Source: Eledone cirrhosa (Eukaryota). Taken from it: DNA of 64,000 nucleotides. Shown piece after piece: positions 54,096 to 64,000 of this stretch (the stretch's first letter is position 1; each line of letters opens with the position of its first letter). The stretch covers positions 76,446,001-76,510,000 of the forward strand of contig OZ024746.1 in the NCBI GenBank assembly GCA_964016885.1, read 5' to 3'. A program made the position numbers and the translations under genes. The notes under the pieces are model-generated. The model was not told the origin of the DNA, made no database searches, and saw only the letters and a list, made by a program, of their open reading frames with translations.

Positions 54096-55451
54096 TTTAT
54101 ATACATATTTTTATAAAACACAAGGTCACATTACAGCCATTTTGTGCTTATTTAGCCAGAGAAATGGTAATTTAATATCTTCCTCCTGACCTAGCTTTCA
54201 TAGTGTTGACAAGATATTCAGTGATCATGCAGCAACTATCTATAACTACCTACCTGTGTTTGGACAATAAATACATTATCTATCTCTCTAACTATTCATC
54301 TATTTATCTGTCTGTCTAGCTACCTATCTACCTACCTCTCTATGTGTGTGTGTGTGTGTGGATATATATATATACATAAATAAGTACAAGCATATATATA
54401 GAGAGAGAAAGAGAGAGAGACACATACACATACAGACATAAATAAGTATAAGCAAGATTTTTGATGTGAAATGTGTGTTGAAACAGATATTGTTATACTT
54501 TGGGAGGGTCATGTTGTCAATAAAAAAACACACACACACCTGTTGTTTACTGTGTTCATATACTTAATATTTATTTACTTTTTTGTCATTGGAATTAAAA
54601 AAATTATGGTTGGATGATTTGAACAACAGTGTGTGTGTGTATATATATATATATATTATATATATATACACACACACACACCAATGAAAGTGTTGTTATA
54701 GTTGCTCCCCCCGCTCCACCCTGATTCAATCTAACCAATGTAATTCTGAAAGTACAAGACAATGCAGAGAATGATAAAAAATTTGATAGAGAGAGATAGT
54801 CTTTTACCTTACAATGAATATGTTTAAAGAATCCAGAAGTCATTAAAAATTTTTTTAAAATAAATCAATGTAAAACAATCCTTAAACGTTTTGATACCAA
54901 GCCACCTGAAATTATCTCTATTTCTATAATACACAACTGATTTAAACTGTTTATATTTATCTAAAATCCTTACACAATTATTTTATGTAAGAACCTTTGT
55001 TAAGCTATATTCTAAACAAGCTTGATAACGAGAAAGTCATATTATTAAAGCCCTCAAAATTCCTGATTATTCTCAAAATTCTTTGAAAATCATAATCAGT
55101 GGGTTTTATTAGAAATATGGTAATGAAGTGGCTAATGATAGGGAACTTCGAAAACTGCAATTTTGGAAAAATTAGATCATCTTTGATGTGTTGTTAAAAA
55201 TTATCGATCACAATACATTTTTCAGTTGACTACAATTATTTAGGAGTTTAGGGTTGCATGCCTTAATATCTATAAAATCAATAAAATGCAGAAAAATTCT
55301 TAGTGTTGTCGGTAAAAAAATTATTACAGGCTTTTATAAACAATTACATTTGTATTTTAACTGTTTTAACACTAACCTGCCTGAAACCACCCCTGATTCA
55401 ATGAGACAAAACTTCCTATGTTCCATCTTAATAATAAGAAAGTAAGTTATA

Positions 55452-55611
55452 CAGGTAAAATTCCATTATAACAAATTTTTCAGTATAATGAAATTTTTTC
55501 AATCTCCAGCCACACGCTGGATGTGTTAGGTCGGTCTCGTTATAAAGAATTTTTCGCTACAACAAATTTCTTTTTATACCCCGTAAATTTCGTTATAATG
55601 GAATTTCACTG
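55452..55611. mobile_element. Tc1/mariner-pogo-type MITE nested in an M1 MITE
   Basis: TA|CAG...CTG|TA termini; about 27-bp imperfect TIR caggtaaaattccattataacaaattt / aaatttcgttataatggaatttcactg. Confidence 0.75.
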
Positions 55612-55950
55612 TATTACTAAATTTTTCTAAATTCTAGATTATTTCAAAAATGACTTTAAAGTTATAGGCAGTGTCTTTCATTAGAAATATGGTATTGGAA
55701 CATTTACTATCAATAAAATGTATAAAATTCAAGAAACACTCTTAGTGTTTTCAGTAAAAATGATCGCAGTCACCGGAAAAAAACTTCCATATTTTAAGTA
55801 ATCCATAGTTTATTACATAAATCTTATTTCAAAACTATCTAAAATGTACCCTGAATCAAGATTTCTCATCAAAAGGATATATCTTTAAAATATCTTCACT
55901 CCATGTAAAAAAATTCCTAAAAATATATCAGTAGACTTTGTAAAGCAGCA

Positions 55951-56572
55951 ATGCTGGTGCCATAATAAAATGCACCCAGTACACTCTGTACAGTGGTAGT
56001 GCTTGTGACATGATAAAATGCACCTAGTACATCAAGTGGTAGTGTTAATGCCACAGTACGATGCATTCATTACACTAAGTGGTAGCACTGACACCACAAA
56101 ATGCACCCAGTACACTCTGTAAAGTGGATGTGTTGGCACCACAGTAAAAGGGACTCATTATCCACTGTAAAATGGTAGTGTTGGCACGAAAGTAAAAGCA
56201 TTCAGTACATTCTGAAAAGAGGTAGTGCTGGTTTTACAATAAAATGCACTCAATACATACTAATGTGGTAGTGTTGGTGCTATAATAAAATGCACCCAGT
56301 AAACCACTTAGCACTACCTCTGTAAAGTGGTAGTGCTGGTGCACAACAAAATGCATCCAGTACACATTGTGAAGTAATGCTGGTGCTATGATAAAATGTA
56401 TCCAGTGCACTCTGTAAAATAGTATTGGCATGAGGAAGAGTATCCAGTCATAGAAACTATACCTAAATATGGAACATATATGCAAGATGTTCTTCAACCC
56501 ACCTGATCTCAGATTATGCAACCCATCCAACCCATACGAAAATGGAAAGACGTAATAGGATGATATTATCAT
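55951..56572 (+). repeat. Tandem array (about 11 degenerate units of about 40-48 bp) attached to an RTE-type 3' tail
   Basis: Unit like tggtagtgctggtgccataataaaatgcacccagtacactctgtaaag, followed by ggaagagtatccag...tccaacccatacgaaaatggaaagacgtaa-gatgat tail. Confidence 0.75.
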
Positions 56573-59500
56573 ATAATGAATTCTTCATAACTATTTTATT
56601 GGTGTTTAAATTGCTGCTTAAATGACGTGATTATGTAAATCCATCATATTAGACCTCTGTTCTAAACAGAAGGAACCACTAATGATATCATTTTTATCAC
56701 TACTATAAAAAATCAATGATTAATGAATTTGACTCAGAATCACTTTTTATGGTATTATCTTTTTAAAATTTCTGAATGCATCATACTAACATATAAATTA
56801 GAGAATTTATAATATAAAATCAATCATTCTTATAATGTTTCATAAAACTTATCTTTTTATTCTATAACTGCTGGTTTCAATGATTCATGGAAGCAGAGCA
56901 AGTTTTGACCAGATTGGTATCAAAAGCATGGAAACCAAAACCTCTTAGGGACTTGTGTGATACCACCTACTGAGATTTTCTCCCAAAATAATCACAACAT
57001 AGAAAAAATGATGCAGAAGCAATCACTATAGCACAATAAAATATAACAAGTAGGTATGTTTATGTGGTTAAGGTGTTTCCTTCACAACTATCTGGTTCTA
57101 TATTCAGTCCTACTGCATAACACCTTGGGCAAGTGTCTTTTATTATAGCCTTATGTTCACCAATGCCTTGTGAGTGGAATCTTGTAGAAGGAAACTGCAG
57201 AAGATTGGCATGTGTGTGTGTTTACGTCTGCATCTATGATCAATAAAGCAAATACAACACTAGAAAATAAGAACTGGAGTTGATATGATCGATTAAATTA
57301 AGTTGGTGCAAAAGATCATCATCTGTATCCCATAGCTTAGCAGTTCTACAAAAAAAGATTGATAAGGACCACGCATGAAAAAATAAGCACTGGGGTCAAT
57401 ATGATCGATTAAAATCCCTTTCAATGTGGTGCCCAATATGGCTGCATTCTTGACTAAAAGAATAAAAGAATAAGCATGATAGGAATGAGGCCTAAAATTA
57501 TGAAATCAACTGTTTATTCTAGATTCCATCAGAGGCTAAAATGATATCACCATATTTCTAGTCAAAATATTCTTAATAGAATAAACACAAATAATGTTTT
57601 AATAAGGAAAATCATAAAATATGATATTGGTGTTCATTGCATATTTAATTCATATTCAAAAACCAATATTTAGAAAGAAAAAAAAATAGAAGTCATAATT
57701 CAATGTTGCATTGAAATCAAATAAATTCCATCCTATAGTTGAGGCATTTCAATCTTTCATCTACAGGATGTATGTAATTCTAATCTAATTTATAAATAAA
57801 TTATATTGTACATTTTTCTCAAATCTGAGCTGTATTATGATTTTCAATTGCCATGCTGTCATGGAATTGTCAAAATCAATAGAATGAAATGTATCAAAAT
57901 ATTTGTTAATTGATAAGACATTCTGAATTTTATTGCCTAAAGCTAACATTGATTCTAAACAGTATAAGGATTAAATAAATAGAGATGATTTCTAATTTAG
58001 GCACAAAGCCAACAATTTGGAGAGGAAGGAAAAACAATTACATCAACCTAGTGTGTAACTGGAACATTATTTTATTGAGCTACAAAGGATAAAAAGCAAA
58101 ATTGACATCGGTGAGATTTGAACTCAGAATGTAAAGAGTCAGAACAAATATTGTAATGACATATCTCTAATTCTGCCAATCTACTGCCTTCAGATAAAGA
58201 GATAATAAAATGTAATAATTAATATTAATGAATGTTTTTTCCAAAAATATTAAATATTTTCTCTTACAATTTTTATTTTTACCCTTTTGATACCCACTAA
58301 AATAACCCACATCATGATCTGTGTTAGCATATTTAAATTTAAAGCTTCCATCATAAGTACTTTTGTTAAGTTATGCTCTAAACACCAGCATAATAATGGG
58401 AAAGTTATATCAATAAATCTCTCTAAATTCAAGATTATTTAAAAAATTCTACTGTGCCATTAGAAATATGGCATCAAAAAAGTTAAAAACAACAGATTTC
58501 AGCATAGTTTTACCAATCTGGATGCAAAACAAAGAAAAACTAAGAGAAAGCAGCATAAAGAAAAAAAAAATGGTCAGATTACAGGGGAGAATGTATGGGG
58601 AAAGAGACTTTAAAAGTAATTTTTCTTTATTGATTTGTAATTATAGAAAACACTATCGTTAGATTTTCTAATTAAGAGGATAAAATTACTATCTTTCAGA
58701 AAATAGTTGTTTTTATATCTTGAATACAATCTAACAACATAAAAAAAAACACTTGCACTCAATAACACGTTTAAGTATCATTTAGTGTTACAGCCCAACA
58801 AGTATGTAGTTTTTTTTCTTCGCAATAATAGATTTGATATTTCAATTCATAAAAACACAGTAGAAAGCTTTAGAAAAATTAAAAGGAATATTTTTTTCAA
58901 ATTTGGTTTGGTAAAACATTGAACTGTACTTATGTTTGTGACAGGAATTACAAATTGCCACTCCTCACTTAGCGACCATCTTGTTTAACAACGATAAAAC
59001 TTTGTGTACACATATTTATGTTATGTACTTATAAAATTTTTTTTTTGTGTGTGTGCATATGTTCTACATTTTTGTCTATTCTTTATCCAGCAAATCCGTC
59101 ATTTTAAGTTTCAAATATTTTTCTTTTTAATGTTTTGAAAAATAAAACAAATTTACAATTACTAAGATAGTGTTTCCATTACGCATTAGACAAATTTCTT
59201 TATTCAGATAATTCATTTATTATAAAACTGATACTTGGTAACTTTTCCTGCTCTCGTGGACTCTATCAAAAACTATATCTGAAGATATTTTACAACCAAA
59301 GTCATTAGAATGAAACCTGGTTTTAAGTGAGGAGTTAGTTTACTAACCAATTCACTTTACAAGATAAGTGGGATAGAAACTGATTGTTAAGTAAGGAGCG
59401 ACTAAATATTTACTGAATATATTTCTTAAAAACTAATCCAAAATTAAATGAATGTTTAATATTTTTTTTAAAAGTAGATGAAAACAAAGAATTCATATGA

Positions 59501-61273
59501 CACAAAATAAATTTAAAAAAACATGTAGCCAGTTTGATTTTCTATTATAGAAGTCATTTAAGCTTGCATTTAAAAAAAAGAAGAAAAATACAGTATCTTT
59601 ACAGAGAAACTCTTTAGAAATAATACTGAATATGAAGAAAGAAAATTTGTACATTGAGAAACATTTGAGAGAAGGCAACAGTAAAATTAATAAACTGAAA
59701 TTATGTTTTTCAACCATGTGCTAAAATCCAGAGATGCTTATGAAGATGAAGATTACAATGTTTCAAATTAGAACACAAAGTTGTTTTTGATGTATGATAA
59801 CCCTTTAGATACCAAACCACCTGAAATTGCCCCTTGGTTCATGATACAAACTATTTTTAAATGTTTATATTTATCTAAAAAACATGCCATCATAATTTGA
59901 TGTAAGAACAATTGTTAACTTATGTTCAAAACACCAGCATGGTAATAAAAAAGTTAGTTATATTACTAAATCCCTCCAAATTTTGGATTATATGCAAAAT
60001 TATTTGAAAATCACTAGCAATATCTTTCATTAGAAATATGGTAATGAAAGGATTAAATAATTTAAGATTAAATCCCAACTGAGGATTTATTAAATTCCAA
60101 GCATTAACCGAGCAAATTCTATTTACACTCCAGTGTCCTCAGTCAAATCAGAATGAGAGGAATCATGCTTGAGGAAAGAATTCTGAGGTGGAATAGTAAA
60201 TGCAGCTGGTATCGCTGGCTGTTCTCTGTGACAATGATTTTGCCATCTTATCATCCATAAGGTGCAGCAACTAAGAAACACCATCCACCCAAAGGTGTAT
60301 AATTTGCCTCCTCTCTATCCCCCCCCCCCTCTTTTTTTTCTTTTCATTATGATATTGTAAACATTTTGAAAATTTGAAATGAATAAATGGAAAAAATTAG
60401 TATACATTTTAAATGTTACTGAAATATATTAAAAAATTACCAAACACAGATTAACTAAGAGAATACCCAGAGCATGCTAGGCTAGCTTTACAATATTCAC
60501 TCACTTCTCTCAAATAAAATGATTCCAACTTATAATTTGGCATGCTGAGAAATCTAGTTTTTGACACTTCTTGTACTGATCACATTAAGAAAAATTTTAA
60601 GCCTGCATTTTCCACTACACAGTCCACACTCCCCCACACCAAATCCTATGATGAGTCACAACACTATACAACTTTCCCCACCATTTTGGATATTTCCACA
60701 ATGTTGCTATGTGGTAAAGATATTTAGCAATTTATATATTTAATTTCATAATTGTATAAAACAGTGTTCCTTTAAGATTCAGTAGTGTCTCCCTGAGGTC
60801 TAAGCGCTAGGTGGCTGCCTAGTTCGTTTTAATGGTAGTGCCAGACCTGAGAATACCTCAAATAAATTATTAAGCATTTGGTGTTCTAGAAAAAACACAA
60901 AGTTGAACATTTTAAAGAAAATCCTTAAGTCCTAAAATGAATGAATTTAAAAAAATTATTTTTATAAATTAGCACACAATTATGACAAAAATAGAATGCA
61001 AGATCCATTAAAAGCTGTTTTTGCGCTTGTAGCAAAAGCTAGTTAAGAATTATCTGGACAGCTACTTTTCCGTATCTGTTTCTTGTAGCACATAAGCAAG
61101 GCAGTTGGTCTTACAGGACCATCGTTTCAAAAACTTACTGGAAAGTAATATTGATTTTCCTCTGTTAAAACACTGCAAGTGATATGGTAAATATTACACT
61201 GAAAATTACAAAGAAAAGTTTAAAATAATTCTACAGAACACAAAAATGCACATACCATATATATATCCATACC

Positions 61274-61304
<31 letters not shown>

Positions 61305-61703
61305 CGTATTATGTACATGTATGTACATGTGTGTGTATGTGATTATATATATATATTTGTGTGTGTGTGAATTGCTTATTTTTCCATAAACATTCTACTT
61401 CATATAAAGAAACAGAAATGCATTAAAGCAGAGTATACAACATAAACAAATAAATAACATTGAATATTCTGAAAGAGGTCAGTTTTTAGAAAAGCTGGGA
61501 ATTCAAGTTGAAGGATAGTTGAAAGAGATTTTATCGTGTTCAGTCAGCAACAATGTAAAGATAAACGTGCAAAACATCATGCAGGCATCAACATTTAAAA
61601 ACCACTGACAACATAGACTACAGTGCAAGGTCACCAGATTTACAATATGCTACAAACTGAATTTTTTATTTTTTTTTTGTTTTGTTTAACAGTGATGCGG
61701 TAC

Positions 61704-61739
61704 CTGATATCGTTTACCGAAATGAAGGGTGCCCAAAGT
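61704..61739 (-). CDS. APBA1: Candidate 36-nt alternatively spliced microexon of the APBA gene (TLGTLHFGKRYQ)
   Basis: Long polypyrimidine tract (ttcttttgtctttttttttcttgttttctacag), then 36 nt open in phase 0, then CAG|gtaccg; TE-poor flanks; fits in frame just upstream of the APEGE exon. Confidence 0.6.
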
Positions 61740-62609
61740 CTGTAGAAAACAAGAAAAAAAAAGACAAAAGAAATCAAGTCAAAGACACGAGACAAGGTGT
61801 AGGACTAAATGAAACAGATTTCTACAGCATACGAGTGATAGTATATATTTGTTGACAAGAAGCCAAAACAAGTTCAATTATTGAAAAAATGCCTTGACAA
61901 TATTATCACCAATTCTTTGTATTAAAGTGCATTATTTGTGTGATTTCATATGACAATAAATAACATGCACAAAAACAAATATTTAGAACAAATTTCTTCT
62001 TTCGCTGATATTTAAATAGATAAATTTCCTGATAAAATAGTTTTTAATTTAGGTACAAGTCCAGCAATTTTGAGGGGAGAAGGGGAAAAGCAATTATATT
62101 GACTGCAGTACTTCAAAGGTACTTTATTTTATTAATCCCCCGGAAGGACGGAAGGCAAAATTAATCTTGGTGGGATTTGAAGGTAAAGAGCCGAAACAAA
62201 TACTGCACAGCATTTTGTCCAACACCCTAACAATTCTGCCAATCTACCACTATGCTATTTATTCTTCCCATACAAAAAAAAAAGAATAGAATGTCAAACA
62301 TATTTCGCTTTTTGTTTAATAATTCACATAAAACGTACATAGGTGAACCCTTAAAAGTTCGGTAATATAAAAACAGTAACCCGACATGTAGTAAGTTCAT
62401 TACTATTTAGCACTTTTGAGACCAACCTACCCCAAAATTAACTGTTTTAAAGGGTTCCCATTTAAATTTAAATCCTCCAATATAATTTTATATAAGAACC
62501 TCTTGTTAAATTTTGCTACGAATATTTTAATAATGAAACAAATGATTTTAGTAAATTTTTCAAAATTCTTCATTAACTATTAATTTTCTGTACCTCATGA
62601 AATCATTAA

Positions 62610-62780
62610 TAAAACATTCTTGAAAAGTACAAAACAGCAATATGACTTCATCACATTGAAAATTAAAGTATTTACTGTCATACTGCAAATTTTCACAAAG
62701 ATCTGCCCACTAGTAAAGATACTATAAACATTTGAATTGATAAGCCTGTTTTTTTTATATTTTCTGAAAATCATTACAGG
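62610..62780 (+). repeat. Unclassified interspersed repeat of about 170 bp
   Basis: acattcttgaaaagtacaaaacagc...tgcaaattttcaca...gatactataaacatttgaatt...tcattacagga; also at about 8150-8320, 10620-10790, 44305-44470 and 53240-53420. Confidence 0.7.
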
Positions 62781-64000
62781 ATCATCATCATCAACAACCT
62801 CATTTAATGCCCGTTTTCCTTGCTAGCAAAGGTTAGACAGGTTGTCATAGACCAAATCAGTACTTAATTGGGTCTACTGACCTCTCTGATGGGCCAGGAG
62901 CCACATCTCACTTCTATACATTCCCACACTAAATAAAATACGCCTGGTACATATTATTGTGGTACTACAACTAAGAAGTGTGTCATGTCACTGACAAAAC
63001 TGAAGCGTCTTCTGAACCCTTTGTTTGGCAAGTTTTATGAGGCTGGATGTCCTTCCTGTCACCAACTATTTTATAGAATGGACTGGGTGTGCTTTAAGCC
63101 ACCAACACTAGAGATATTTTCATGCCCTTGACACAAAAGTCTTATCCTTTGTTACAAGTTAATTGAAATACATTGCATTTCATTAGAAATACTGAAACAA
63201 ATGGGTTAAAGAAGACCTGAAACTTCATACTAAGAAGTAGATTTTAAAAGTACTATTTTGTGTGCTCACTAAAACTTAAAAGGAGTATGTGTGGAGAGAG
63301 AGAGAGAGCACATACATATGTGACTGTCTGAAACAAAACAACTAGAATAGCTGGACAACAGAAAACGATTGAACAGTTAATAACTGATTCAGTAATTATT
63401 CTTTTAAAAGTTGAGGAGAATAGAAAGAGATGTGGCAATGCAAAAATACACACTTTAATTGATCAATCATAAACAGAAGACATGTTCACTAACTATCAGT
63501 AGTGCCACGAAGAAAATTATAAATTTAAATGACAACGAGCAAAAATAAATTTTTTGCTCCTGAATTAGAGGAGTGTTAGTTCTATTGATTTGATTTGAGA
63601 AATATTTCAGGAAGCGACAGTAATCAAAAGATCTGAGTGAAGCAAATAGAAGATAATTATAAGGTTTGTAATAGTTATTACACTTTGTTATAGTTACCAT
63701 ACACAGTCTATCATTTCCTCATTACAAACTCCCTCCACAAGAATACATATATGATGAAATAAATTTTAATCATCATCATTTTACATTTGCTTTCCAAACT
63801 GGCATGGGTTGGATGAGTTGTTACAGCCTGAGACTAGACTGGTAGGGCAACCATGTCTTGAATCTATCGCTTTCTATTTGTTCTACAGCTGAATGCCCTT
63901 TCTAATGCCAACAATTTTACAGGATACTGAGTGTGTTTTATCGTAATACCAGCACTTCCACCTTAGAATGTATAATGGATACATTTTATTGTAGTATCAG

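Noticed and set aside
54808-54843. ATG-initiated 12-codon frame ending AAG|gtaaaa (MTSGFFKHIHCK), phase 0
   Set aside because: Too short to distinguish from chance; no acceptor or promoter evidence, and a MITE lies immediately upstream.
55951-56420. Repeat array superficially resembling CRISPR
   Set aside because: Units are degenerate, head-to-tail, without unique spacers, derive from an RTE 3' UTR, and there are no cas genes; the context is a eukaryotic intron.

Overview
AT-rich, repeat-dense animal genomic DNA. The SINE/RTE/MITE repertoire and (TA)n/(GAT)n tracts strongly suggest an octopod cephalopod, but this is an inference. The whole window appears to lie inside one minus-strand gene of the X11/Mint/lin-10 (APBA) neuronal adaptor family. 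Three phase-0 coding exons encode the PTB domain C-terminal half and the PTB-PDZ1 linker (47283-47369, 45203-45367, 304-486), separated by introns of about 1.9 kb and 44.7 kb. None of them appears in the ORF track. A strong candidate 36-nt in-frame microexon (61704-61739) sits where vertebrate APBA1/2 carry a short insert. The introns hold a young 5'-truncated RTE LINE (about 3971-6205) with a PHD-type finger inside its RT region, several tRNA-derived SINE families, roughly 30 copies or fragments of a TTAA piggyBac-type MITE, Tc1/pogo MITEs, a Helitron, CR1/CRE/RTE fragments and microsatellites. The most notable unexplained signals are a well-formed type I hammerhead ribozyme (39237-39295), a candidate internal ATG exon that would give a PTB-less isoform (23481-23588), an AG|GT recursive-splice-like site (47485-47488), repeated site-specific insertions into the MITE, and a mosaic SINE tail built from two LINE 3' ends. 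Almost all short ORFs in the supplied track are microsatellite or transposon artefacts. No prokaryotic-type system (CRISPR, operon) is present.
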